From contig SHXR01000009.1 of the NCBI GenBank assembly GCA_009693235.1, positions 2,195 to 66,194 of the forward strand: a stretch of DNA of 64,000 bases, given 5' to 3'. The DNA comes from Betaproteobacteria bacterium (GTDB taxonomy: Bacteria > Pseudomonadota > Gammaproteobacteria > Burkholderiales > SG8-39). The notes under the pieces are model-generated. The model worked only from the letters and a program-made list of their open reading frames with translations. It was not told where the DNA came from and made no database searches. A program made the translations under genes and the position numbers. Of the stretch, positions 44,008 to 53,307 are shown in pieces (within the stretch, counting starts at the first letter, position 1; every line of letters starts with the position of its first letter).

Positions 44008-44697
44008 ATGAGTGAAACCGTCTTGATCGTTGGCGCCGGGAGCGGACTGTCCGCCGCGGTTGCCAGGCGTTTTGCGCGCGATGGATCGCAAATCATGCTG
44101 GCCGCGCGCAACGTCGACAAACTTGCGTCGCTCGCCGCTGAAACGAAGGCCAAGGTCATTGGTTGCGATGTGGCCGAACGCGCCAGTATCGATGCGATGT
44201 TTGCAAGCTGTGATGCGGGCCCGGGCGCGCCGGACATCGTGGTCTATAACCCGAGCTTTCGGGTACGTGGTCCGTTTCTCGACCTCGATCCGGCAGCCGT
44301 CAAGAAGACGATTGAAGTTTCCGCCTACGGCGGCTTTCTGGTGGCGCAGCAGGCGCTCAGGCGTATGGTGCCCAAAGGTAAGGGCGTGCTGCTCCTCACC
44401 GGGGCGTCAGCGAGCGTGAAGGGCTACGCGCAATCGGCACCCTTTGCCATGGGGAAGTTTGCGCTGCGCGGTTTGGCGCAAAGCCTGGCGCGTGAGTTTC
44501 AACCGAAGAATATTCATGTCGCGCACTTTGTGATCGATGGCGGCATCCGGTCGCCAGGAAGGGATGCGCCGGTCGATCAGCCGGACGCGCTCCTCGAACC
44601 GGATGCGATCGCGGAATCGTATTTTCAAGTCGCACGGCAGCCGCGTAGCGCCTGGAGTTGGGAGATTGAATTGCGCCCGTGGGTGGAGCGGTTCTAG
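44008..44697 (+). CDS. SDR-family oxidoreductase
   Basis: Contains VLIVGAGSGLSAAVARRFA (TGxxxGxG variant) and ...YAQSAPFAMGKFALRGL (YxxxK). Confidence 0.8.
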   Translation: MSETVLIVGAGSGLSAAVARRFARDGSQIMLAARNVDKLASLAAETKAKVIGCDVAERASIDAMFASCDAGPGAPDIVVYNPSFRVRGPFLDLDPAAVKKTIEVSAYGGFLVAQQALRRMVPKGKGVLLLTGASASVKGYAQSAPFAMGKFALRGLAQSLAREFQPKNIHVAHFVIDGGIRSPGRDAPVDQPDALLEPDAIAESYFQVARQPRSAWSWEIELRPWVERF

Positions 44698-44706
44698 TCC
44701 GAAAAA

Positions 44707-45654
44707 ATGAACTCTTCAATGCTTCACTACACGCACGGAATTCATGCCGTCGATGCCGGATATGAACGGCCTCTATTCGATTCGATTCATCTCATTGTCG
44801 AAGCGGGCCGGGCGGCCGTAGTCGATACCGGCACCAACTATTCGGTCGATGCCACCATCGCCGGTCTGCAGTCGCTCGGTGTGTCACCCGAACAGGTTGA
44901 CTATGTCGTGCTCACCCATGTGCACCTGGATCATGCGGGGGGCGCCGGTGAGCTGATGCGACGCTGCCCCAACGCGAAGCTGGCGGTGCATCCGCGCGGC
45001 GCCCGGCACATGATCGATCCGTCCCGCTTATGGGAGGCGACCGTGGCCGTCTATGGGGCAGCGCAAGCCGTGGCGGTCTATGGCTCGATCGTTCCTATCC
45101 CGCCAGAACGCGTCATCGAAATGCAGGATGGCGCAGAGATCGTCTTGGCCGGTCGTAAACTCTTGTTTCGCGATACGCCAGGCCATGCCAAGCACCACAA
45201 TGTCATGATCGATAGTCGCACCGGTCATGCATTTGTCGGCGATATCCTCGGATTCTCATACCGCGAGCTCGATCATGCTGGGAAGGTGTTCATTCTTCCC
45301 ACCTCAAGTCCCACCCAATTTGATCCGGCGGCCATGCATCGCTCGCTTGACCTCGTCGCGAGCTACCAACCGGAGGCGGTGTATCTCACCCACTATAGTC
45401 AGGTGCGGGATATTCCGTCGTTGGTTGCCGATCTGCACCGCATGGTCGATCTCTACGCCGCGCTTGGCGGAAAGCACCAGTACGACGGCGCACATCGATT
45501 CGATAACCTGCATGCCGGTATGCGCCAGATCGCGGTGGACGCGGCGGCCCGCCAGGGGCTGCCGTACTCGCCGGCGCGGATCTTTGAAATACTAGGGCTC
45601 GACCTCAGGCTCAATGCGCAGGGGCTGGAATCGTGGTTGGACGCCCAGCGCTAG
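44707..45654 (+). CDS. MBL-fold metallo-hydrolase
   Basis: LTHVHLDHAGG (HxHxDH) motif and a downstream TPGHAKHH. Confidence 0.85.
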   Translation: MNSSMLHYTHGIHAVDAGYERPLFDSIHLIVEAGRAAVVDTGTNYSVDATIAGLQSLGVSPEQVDYVVLTHVHLDHAGGAGELMRRCPNAKLAVHPRGARHMIDPSRLWEATVAVYGAAQAVAVYGSIVPIPPERVIEMQDGAEIVLAGRKLLFRDTPGHAKHHNVMIDSRTGHAFVGDILGFSYRELDHAGKVFILPTSSPTQFDPAAMHRSLDLVASYQPEAVYLTHYSQVRDIPSLVADLHRMVDLYAALGGKHQYDGAHRFDNLHAGMRQIAVDAAARQGLPYSPARIFEILGLDLRLNAQGLESWLDAQR

Positions 45655-45667
45655 CCGTACGCCGGGA

Positions 45668-46870
45668 TCAGACGCGTTCGAGCAACACCGCAATGCCTTG
45701 GCCGACGCCGATGCACATCGTACAGATCGCGTAACGGCCTTTCTTCCGCTGCAATTGGTACATCGCAGTGAGTGCCAAGCGCGCGCCGCTCATGCCAAGT
45801 GGATGGCCCAGCGCAATGGCGCCGCCTTGTGCGTTGACATGCGGTGCGTCATCGGCAAGGTTGAGCATGCGCAGGGCGGCTAGTCCCTGGGCGGCGAATG
45901 CTTCGTTCAATTCGATGACATCGACCTGATCGAGCGATATCTTGGTGCGTTCGAGCAGCAACTGCACGGCCGGTGCGGGGCCGATGCCCATGATGCGGGG
46001 CGCGACCCCTGCCGCCGCGGTGGCAACGATGCGCACTCTTGGGGTCAGTCCGAATCGTTTGGCGGTGGCTTCGTCGGCGATCAGAATCGCTGCGGCACCA
46101 TCATTCACCCCCGACGCGTTGCCGGCAGTGACGGTGCCATTTGGCCGCACGACGCCTTTCAGCTTGCCAAGGATCTCCATCGACGTTTGGCGTGGATGCT
46201 CATCGGCCGCGATGATCTTCGGCTCGCCTTTAGCCTGCGCGATGGTGACCGGTGTGATCTCTTCCTTGAAGAGCCCTTGTTCGAATGCGGTGAAGTAACG
46301 CTGTTGGCTGCGCAATGCGAAGGCGTCTTGATCGAGCCGGCTGACCTTGAAATCATCGGCGACATTTTCCGCGGTTTCCGGCATCGCATCGACACCGTAT
46401 TTTTCCCGCATGAGCGGATTGATGAAGCGCCAGCCAATGGTGGTATCGAATATTTGCGTATTGCGCGAGAACGCCGAGTCGGCTTTGTTCATGACAAAGG
46501 GTGCGCGCGACATGCTTTCAACGCCACCTGAAATGCCCATTGAAATATCGCCCGCCTTGATGGCGCGTGCGATGTAGCCAAGGGCATCCAGCCCCGATCC
46601 GCATAAGCGATTCACGGTGCAACCGGGCACCGACTGCGGCAGGCCCGACAGCAAGGTGGCCATGTGCGCGACGTTGCGATTGTCTTCACCCGCCTGGTTC
46701 GCATTCCCATAGCACACGTCGCCGACTTGGCTCCAATCGACGCTGGTATTGCGTGCCATCAACGCCTTGAGCGGCAGTGCAGCGAGATCGTCGGTGCGGA
46801 TGCCGGAGAGGGCGCCACCGTAGCGGCCGATGGGCGTTCGGGTTGCGTCACAGATGAAGGCTTCTGGCAT
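45668..46870 (-). CDS. acetyl-CoA C-acyltransferase (thiolase; beta-ketoadipyl-CoA thiolase-like)
   Basis: Contains MPEAFICDATRTPIGRYGG...VNRLCGSGL...NEAFAAQ...GGAIALGHPLGMSGARL...CIGVGQG. GGAG RBS at ATG 46870. Confidence 0.9.
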   Translation of the reverse strand: MPEAFICDATRTPIGRYGGALSGIRTDDLAALPLKALMARNTSVDWSQVGDVCYGNANQAGEDNRNVAHMATLLSGLPQSVPGCTVNRLCGSGLDALGYIARAIKAGDISMGISGGVESMSRAPFVMNKADSAFSRNTQIFDTTIGWRFINPLMREKYGVDAMPETAENVADDFKVSRLDQDAFALRSQQRYFTAFEQGLFKEEITPVTIAQAKGEPKIIAADEHPRQTSMEILGKLKGVVRPNGTVTAGNASGVNDGAAAILIADEATAKRFGLTPRVRIVATAAAGVAPRIMGIGPAPAVQLLLERTKISLDQVDVIELNEAFAAQGLAALRMLNLADDAPHVNAQGGAIALGHPLGMSGARLALTAMYQLQRKKGRYAICTMCIGVGQGIAVLLERV

Positions 46871-46935
46871 GATGGACTCCAGGATGCAGGAATACGACGA
46901 GAGGCGCGCGCGGGGCACCCAAGCGCATGCGGGGA

Positions 46936-47997
46936 CTATAGCATTGACTGCATGGCCCCCGACCGTTTGGGTACCCAGGGATTGCGTACCCAGGAGCCCG
47001 GTGCGGCGACCGGTACCGGCGGCCATGGGGTCGGCCGCTCGAACAGCCAAGCCTGGCGAGGATCGGCCTTACGACCAGGTGATAGCGGATGATGGGACGC
47101 GCGTTGCAGCAGGGCCACTAGCGTCACCAAATCGAGCCGGTTGTGTTCGAGCGCCCACCGCAACGGCGTGGCCGCACCTGCGGTCAGCCACTGCTGCCAC
47201 GCCTTGGGCACCTCCGCGCCAGGCAGATCATCGACGCGGTGAAAGCCAAGCCCTTCTCGCTCCAGGGTTTGCAGGCGCGCATCAGGCCACTGTTTCAGCC
47301 GATTGCGTCTCGCCCAAGGAAGCAGATCGGCATGGGCGCACGCGGCGATCGGATCGGCCAAGTTGTGCATCCGAAAGCGGGTGTGCAATAGCGGCAGATC
47401 AAACGCGGCGCCATTGAATGTCACGATCAGCGGTACATCGTCCAGACAACGGGCCAGCGCGGTGAGCATCGCTCGCTCTCCGGCAAAGCTAGTGATGAGC
47501 CACTGGGTCACATGCAGCGCGTTGGTGTCGAAGCGTGCGAAGCCGATCATGAAAGCCACCGTGCCGGTGCCGTTGGACAAGCCAGTCGTCTCGGTATCGA
47601 GAAAGGCGGTACGGCAGACGGGTATGGGCAGCGCATTCTTCTCGGAAAAGAGCGCGCTCGGTGTAGTGAATGCATCGTTGAGCGATGCGCGACCGTGTTG
47701 CAACGGGAGCGGAAACGAATGTTCAATGCGAACGACCCCGACATCGACGAGCGCACCGCCAAGAAAGTGTGCGACATCGACCGGATCCACTTTGCTTGAA
47801 CGCTCCTTGCCGACCCATGGCCGCAAGCGTGCCAAGCGTTCAGCCAGGGAGGGTGAAAGCGTTTGCGCGATGTTTGAGGGAAGATCGGCCAGGGCGGAGC
47901 CCTCATCGAGTCGAGGTACCACATTGCCGCGCTCGCGGCGCAACTGCATGAGGCGCTCGCGTAGCTGATGGGTGCTTAATGGGCGCGTCACGTTCAT
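46936..47997 (-). CDS. RNase H-like/DnaQ-type exonuclease domain protein (YprB/MrfB-like)
   Basis: Contains AFLDTETTGL (Exo I DxE) and TFNGAAFDLPLL (Exo II). Its ATG overlaps the helicase stop (ATGA). The C-terminal tail is low complexity, so the 3' end is uncertain. Confidence 0.7.
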   Translation of the reverse strand: MNVTRPLSTHQLRERLMQLRRERGNVVPRLDEGSALADLPSNIAQTLSPSLAERLARLRPWVGKERSSKVDPVDVAHFLGGALVDVGVVRIEHSFPLPLQHGRASLNDAFTTPSALFSEKNALPIPVCRTAFLDTETTGLSNGTGTVAFMIGFARFDTNALHVTQWLITSFAGERAMLTALARCLDDVPLIVTFNGAAFDLPLLHTRFRMHNLADPIAACAHADLLPWARRNRLKQWPDARLQTLEREGLGFHRVDDLPGAEVPKAWQQWLTAGAATPLRWALEHNRLDLVTLVALLQRASHHPLSPGRKADPRQAWLFERPTPWPPVPVAAPGSWVRNPWVPKRSGAMQSML

Positions 47998-50522
47998 CCC
48001 GCCATTCCTGGTGTGGTCGACGCCGTTGCCGAACCGAGCAGCCCAAGCACGCGCTGTGCAGCGGCGCGTGGGGAAAGCGTTGCACTCGCCGGCGCGGGGG
48101 AGGGAGGGATGGGGCCGATGCATGCGGGGCAGCCCTCTTTGCACCGACAACTTGCCACCACCTGAATGGCGCGCTCAATCACGGTATGCCGTTGATCAAA
48201 CAGCGGCACGGCAATGCCAATGCCGCCTGGATAGTTGTCGTATAGAAATAGGGTGGGCTTGAATGAGCTTGCCTGCTCGATGTTCAAATCAGCGCCATCC
48301 TGCGCGCGGACCGTGCCGCGACCCCGCGCATCGACCACTGCCGACCAGGCGCCGTTGCCATCACCGACCGATCGACCAATATCACGAAGTTCGGCGAGCG
48401 ATACGAGTGCGGCAATATGGTGGAGCGCATAGGCGGCACCGAGAAAGCCATCGATTGCCTGGTGGCGTGTTGCGAAGCTATTGGCCAGGGTCACCGGATC
48501 GATTTGCCACCACACCGCGCTGGTGTGCATCTCGAGATCGGGCAGGTGCACATTGCCGTAGCCGATATTCTCATGGGTGTAATAGCGGATCTTTTTGTAG
48601 CCGGCGACGCGGCGCACCACATGCACTTCACCATGGCTTGCGCGATCGGCGCGACTGGCTGCATGCTCGAATTCATCGAGCACCTTGAGCTTGGTGTAGT
48701 CGATGGCATCGGTGTAGTAATCCGCGTCGACCCGCCGGACGAACGCTTTGCGCCCTACCCAATCGAGTTTTTCCACCTGCCAGGGCGTGGCCTGCACCAT
48801 GTAGATCGCACCCTCGTAGAGTGTCAACGCGGCGCTGGAATAATCGACTTCGGCAATGATGTTTTTGCCGCCCGCGGTGATGTCAACGACAATAAAATTG
48901 CCTTCGGCAATCGTGCGCAGCGAGACCGTATTGGCCGGATAGCTGTCGGCAATCCAGTGCCATTGCGCGCCGTCGCGATGCACCACCGCATTCTCGGCGA
49001 GGTAGTCGAGTTGGGACGGTAAGTCTTCTGCGCCGAAGTGATCGGACTCATGGAATGGCAGCTCGAACGCGGCACAGCGCACATGATCCATATTGATCAG
49101 CAGTTGATCCGGATCGATGCGCGCATGCTCCGGGCTTGCCGCGAAGAAAAAATCCGGATGACGCGCAATGTATTGGTCGAGCAATTCGCTGGTGGCAACC
49201 AGGATGCCGATCGCTTTGCGTTGCCGCCGCCCGGCCCGTCCGAAGCGTTGCCACGCCGCCGCCACGGTGCCCGGATAGCCATTCAGGATGCAGACATCGA
49301 GCGCGCCGATATCGACCCCCAACTCAAGGGCTGATGTGGTGACCACGCAATCGATCGTGCCCGCGCGTAGTTTGTGCTCCTTGTCGCGCCGCTCAGTGGG
49401 TAGGTAGCCGCCTCGATAGGCAACCACGCGGGCTGGTTTGCGCGGATCGGCATCGAACGTGTCTTTCATATACTTGGTGATGACCTCGACTTCGAGCCGC
49501 GAATTGGCGAAGACGATCGATTTCAAGCCGAGCGTGGTCGCGATGCGCGCGAGGCGGGTGGATTGTGACCGTGCCGAAGCGCGCAGGTCAAGATCCGCGT
49601 TGATCACCGGCGGATTCCAAACGAGCAGATGGCGGGCCCCTTGTGGGGCGCCCGATTCGGTAATCGCATGCACCGGGGCGCCGATCAAGTGTTCGGCCAG
49701 TTGTTGTGGATTGGCGATGGTGGCCGAACACAGGATGAACACCGGATCGACTTTGTAGAACGCGCAGATGCGTTTCAAGCGCCTGAGCAGATTGGCAACA
49801 TGCGAACCGAATACGCCTTTGTAGGTGTGCAACTCGTCGATCACGACATAGGCGAGGTTCTCGAAAAACTGTGCCCATTTGGTGTGATGGGGAAGAATCC
49901 CCTGGTGCAGCATGTCCGGATTGCTCACTACGATATCGCCATGCACGCGTACCGCTTGCCTTGCATCGCCCGGCGTATCGCCATCGAAGGTGTAGGCGCG
50001 TACCCCAAGCTTGGCGGCGCGATTCAACTCCAGAATTTCTGCCACCTGGTCTTGTGCCAAGGCTTTGGTCGGAAAGAGATAGAGCGCCTTCGCCTTCCTG
50101 GTAAGCGCTGCTTGCAGCACGGGCAGGTTGTAGCAGAGCGACTTGCCCGAAGCCGTCGGTGTCACGATGACGGTATGCTGGCCGGCATGGATGGCGTCGA
50201 ATGCTTCGCGTTGGTGACTGTAGAGCGCCTCAACACCGCGGGTGCGCAGAGCGTTGCGCAAGGCGGGATGGATGCTCTCCGGAAACGCTGCAAAGCGTGC
50301 TGCACGCGCCGGTTGGATGATTTCGGCCGCGATGCGATCGCGATGGCGGCGCTGCAAGAAGGCGAGCATCGTATCGACCGCATCGCCGTCCGCATACGGT
50401 ACACGGCGTCGGTCCGCCAAGCTGATGCGCGGATCGACATATCCCGCCTGTTCCGCCGCCTCGTCGAACAAATCCGTCGTCATCATCAGGGTCATCGCCT
50501 TGGTATGGGGGCAGGTGATCAT
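47994..50522 (-). CDS. DEAD/DEAH-box helicase with C-terminal DUF1998 Zn-Cys4 domain (YprA/MrfA-like)
   Basis: Contains VTPTASGKSLCY (Walker A), VIDELHTY (DExH), TSALELGVD, QRFGRAGR and a C-terminal CRCKEGCPACIG. The start could also be an internal Met 9-13 codons downstream. Confidence 0.85.
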   Translation of the reverse strand: MITCPHTKAMTLMMTTDLFDEAAEQAGYVDPRISLADRRRVPYADGDAVDTMLAFLQRRHRDRIAAEIIQPARAARFAAFPESIHPALRNALRTRGVEALYSHQREAFDAIHAGQHTVIVTPTASGKSLCYNLPVLQAALTRKAKALYLFPTKALAQDQVAEILELNRAAKLGVRAYTFDGDTPGDARQAVRVHGDIVVSNPDMLHQGILPHHTKWAQFFENLAYVVIDELHTYKGVFGSHVANLLRRLKRICAFYKVDPVFILCSATIANPQQLAEHLIGAPVHAITESGAPQGARHLLVWNPPVINADLDLRASARSQSTRLARIATTLGLKSIVFANSRLEVEVITKYMKDTFDADPRKPARVVAYRGGYLPTERRDKEHKLRAGTIDCVVTTSALELGVDIGALDVCILNGYPGTVAAAWQRFGRAGRRQRKAIGILVATSELLDQYIARHPDFFFAASPEHARIDPDQLLINMDHVRCAAFELPFHESDHFGAEDLPSQLDYLAENAVVHRDGAQWHWIADSYPANTVSLRTIAEGNFIVVDITAGGKNIIAEVDYSSAALTLYEGAIYMVQATPWQVEKLDWVGRKAFVRRVDADYYTDAIDYTKLKVLDEFEHAASRADRASHGEVHVVRRVAGYKKIRYYTHENIGYGNVHLPDLEMHTSAVWWQIDPVTLANSFATRHQAIDGFLGAAYALHHIAALVSLAELRDIGRSVGDGNGAWSAVVDARGRGTVRAQDGADLNIEQASSFKPTLFLYDNYPGGIGIAVPLFDQRHTVIERAIQVVASCRCKEGCPACIGPIPPSPAPASATLSPRAAAQRVLGLLGSATASTTPGMAG

Positions 50523-50623
50523 CCGCCCGCTGGTAGCTCAAGGGATGAGCTATGGATGAGAGCGGTTGAATCTTTTCCCGGTGGCGGATTGAGCGTCCGG
50601 CGACCACCGGCGCTCCGTGCCCC

Positions 50624-50652
50624 CTTGAAATTGCGGTGGCCTGGCCGCATGA
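50624..50652 (+). promoter_or_regulatory. sigma-32 (heat-shock) type promoter for lon
   Basis: CCCCTTGAAA, a 14-nt spacer, then CCGCATGA, compared with the consensus CTTGAAA-N13-15-CCCCATnT. Lies about 115 nt upstream of the lon ATG. Confidence 0.5.
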
Positions 50653-50768
50653 CAAAGTGCTCATCGAGCCGGCTGCGGCGGCCGGGGGGGGGCTTGAATC
50701 CTGGCGATTCGCACACACTTAGGATCCATGCAAGGCCCATCCCACTTAGGCGGTCGGAGGACAGTTCG

Positions 50769-53237
50769 ATGAATGAGCCACATGAAGCTGACGGCACCCG
50801 CACGCCCGATGAGGAGGGTACGCGGCTACCAGTGACGATGCTGGAAGGCGCCGCTGCCATCTCGTTGCCTGCGGATGCCCTTGCGATCATTCCGGTGCGT
50901 GGAATGGCCTTGTTTCCTGGCTTGGTGATGCCGATCGGGCTGGGGCGCGAGGCGTCGGTTGCCGCTGCGCACCAGGCGATTCGGTCGGAACGGCCGATCG
51001 GGCTCTTGCTGCAACGCGATTCATTGCAAGACGATCCGGCGGCAACGGATCTTTACTCGATCGGTACCACCGCTCGCATTGCCCGCTACGGCGCGGGCCA
51101 AAACGGCACCCATCACATGGTCTGCCATGGCGAGGATCGGTTTCGGGTCATCGAATATTTGCCGGGGTATCCGTTTATGGTGGCGCGGGTGGAGCGCTTG
51201 GCGGAAGTGAGCGTTGCTAATGGCGCGATCGAGGCGCGCATGTACCTGCTAAAGGAACGTGCGATCGAAGCGTTGCAATTGCTGCCGCAAATGCCCAACG
51301 AACTGGCCAGCACGATTCATGGCTTTCGTTCACCGGGTGGGTTGGCGGATATGGTCGCCGGGTTCATGGATATCAAGCCCGAACAGAAGCAGGAAATTCT
51401 GGAAACGATCGATATCGAAGCGCGGCTCGACAAGGTGCTGGCGCTCTTGGCGCATCGCATCGCGGTGATGCGGTTATCGCGCGAAATCGGTCAGCGCACC
51501 CAAACGTCGGTCGATGATCGCCAGCGGGAATTCATCCTGCGCGAACAAATGAAGACGATTCAGAGGGAATTGGGGGATGAAGAATCCGCCGATGATCTGA
51601 TGGAACTAGAGGCGGCGCTCGCCAACGCAGCGCCGCCCGAGGAAGTGGCGAGCCATATAAAGAAGGAACTGAAGCGCCTTAAGCGCATGTCGGATAGCTC
51701 CGCCGAATACTCGATGATCCGCACTTATCTCGACTGGATTGCAGAATTGCCGTGGAGCACGTTGACCGCGCAAGAGATCGATCTCGCCGAGGCCCGTCGC
51801 GTGCTCGATGCCGATCATTCCGGTCTCGACAAGGTGAAGCGTCGCATCGTTGAATATCTTGCCGTGCGCAAGCTAAACCGCACAGGCCGGGCGCCGATCC
51901 TCTGTTTCGTGGGGCCACCTGGGGTCGGCAAGACCTCGCTCGGGCAAAGTATTGCGCGGGCGCTCGGCACGAAATTCGTGCGCGTTGCCTTGGGTGGGGT
52001 GCACGACGAGTCGGAGATTCGCGGTCACCGGCGCACCTATGTCGGTGCACTGCCCGGCAACGTCGTGCAAGCGCTGAAGAAGGCGGGAGCGCGCGATACG
52101 GTGATGCTATTGGATGAAGTCGACAAACTTGGGCGCGGCGGTTTTCATGGTGACCCATCGGCCGCCCTGTTGGAAGTGCTCGATCCGGAGCAGAACGGCA
52201 CGTTTCGCGACGCGTACCTTGGCGTGCCTTTCGACTTGTCACGGGTAACGTTCATTGCGACCGCCAATATGTTGGACACCATTCCGGGGCCGCTCCGCGA
52301 TCGCATGGAAATTATTGAGCTGCCAGGTTATACCGAGGCGGAGAAGGTTGCGATCGCCGCTCAGCACCTGGTGAAAAAGCAGATCGCGGTGAACGGTCTT
52401 TCCGCCGATCAATGTTCGATTGGTATCGATGCGCTCGCGACCATGGTCCGCGATTACACCCGCGAAGCGGGCGTGCGCGCGCTCGAGCGGCGCATCGGCG
52501 CGGTGTGCCGCTTCGTCGCGGTGCAAATTGCCGAAGGCAAAGCCGCCACGGTAAACGTTTCGCCAGCGCAGCTTGCCCTGATCCTCGGACCACGTAAATT
52601 CGAGAACGAAGTGGCGATGCGTACCGCTGTGCCTGGGGTCGCAACCGGTCTCGCCTGGACACCGGTGGGCGGTGATGTGCTCTTCATCGAAGCAAGCAAG
52701 ACGCTCGGTACCGGCAAGCTCATCGTGACCGGCCAATTGGGCGATGTCATGAAAGAGTCGGTGCAGGCGGCGATGACGCTGGTCAAATCACGGGCGGGCG
52801 AATTCGGTATCGAACCTGCCAGCATTGATAAGCATGATGTGCATGTCCACGTGCCCGCCGGCGCGACGCCAAAGGATGGGCCAAGTGCCGGTGTTGCGAT
52901 GTTCATGGCGCTCGCCTCGTTATTCAGCGGGCGTCTGGTGCGCAACGACACGGCGATGACGGGCGAGATCAGTTTGCGTGGCATCGTGCTGCCGGTTGGC
53001 GGCATCAAGGAAAAGGTGTTGGCCGCGTTGCAGGCCGGCATCAAGCGCGTCCTGTTGCCCGCGCGCAATCGCCATGATTTTGAAGAGATTCCCGAGGAGG
53101 CGCGCCGGCAACTCGAACTCGTGTGGTTGGAGCGCGTTGACGATGCGCTGTGCCACGGACTCACGGCGATCGGAGGCGTCGCTGCGCACCACACAGGTCG
53201 CGATGAGCGGCAGTCGGATGAAGTGGCGCTCACTTGA
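50769..53237 (+). CDS. lon: ATP-dependent Lon protease (endopeptidase La)
   Basis: Contains LPVRGMALFPG (LON N domain), GPPGVGKTS (Walker A), LLDEVDK and DGPSAGVAM (catalytic Ser). GGAGG RBS. Confidence 0.95.
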   Translation: MNEPHEADGTRTPDEEGTRLPVTMLEGAAAISLPADALAIIPVRGMALFPGLVMPIGLGREASVAAAHQAIRSERPIGLLLQRDSLQDDPAATDLYSIGTTARIARYGAGQNGTHHMVCHGEDRFRVIEYLPGYPFMVARVERLAEVSVANGAIEARMYLLKERAIEALQLLPQMPNELASTIHGFRSPGGLADMVAGFMDIKPEQKQEILETIDIEARLDKVLALLAHRIAVMRLSREIGQRTQTSVDDRQREFILREQMKTIQRELGDEESADDLMELEAALANAAPPEEVASHIKKELKRLKRMSDSSAEYSMIRTYLDWIAELPWSTLTAQEIDLAEARRVLDADHSGLDKVKRRIVEYLAVRKLNRTGRAPILCFVGPPGVGKTSLGQSIARALGTKFVRVALGGVHDESEIRGHRRTYVGALPGNVVQALKKAGARDTVMLLDEVDKLGRGGFHGDPSAALLEVLDPEQNGTFRDAYLGVPFDLSRVTFIATANMLDTIPGPLRDRMEIIELPGYTEAEKVAIAAQHLVKKQIAVNGLSADQCSIGIDALATMVRDYTREAGVRALERRIGAVCRFVAVQIAEGKAATVNVSPAQLALILGPRKFENEVAMRTAVPGVATGLAWTPVGGDVLFIEASKTLGTGKLIVTGQLGDVMKESVQAAMTLVKSRAGEFGIEPASIDKHDVHVHVPAGATPKDGPSAGVAMFMALASLFSGRLVRNDTAMTGEISLRGIVLPVGGIKEKVLAALQAGIKRVLLPARNRHDFEEIPEEARRQLELVWLERVDDALCHGLTAIGGVAAHHTGRDERQSDEVALT

Positions 53238-53307
53238 GCGGGCAAGGGGATGACCGTGCCATTGCGTGCGCGGTGCCGGTACGGGTGTAGAATTTGCGTT
53301 CAAACCT

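Noticed and set aside
49629-53237. 1202-aa plus-strand ORF that looks like a giant Lon fusion protein
   Set aside because: The first about 380 codons are the antisense of the minus-strand helicase gene and of the intergenic region. They have no homology and no RBS. Lon begins at ATG 50769 behind a GGAGG RBS and a sigma-32-like promoter. The long open frame is a high-GC artefact.
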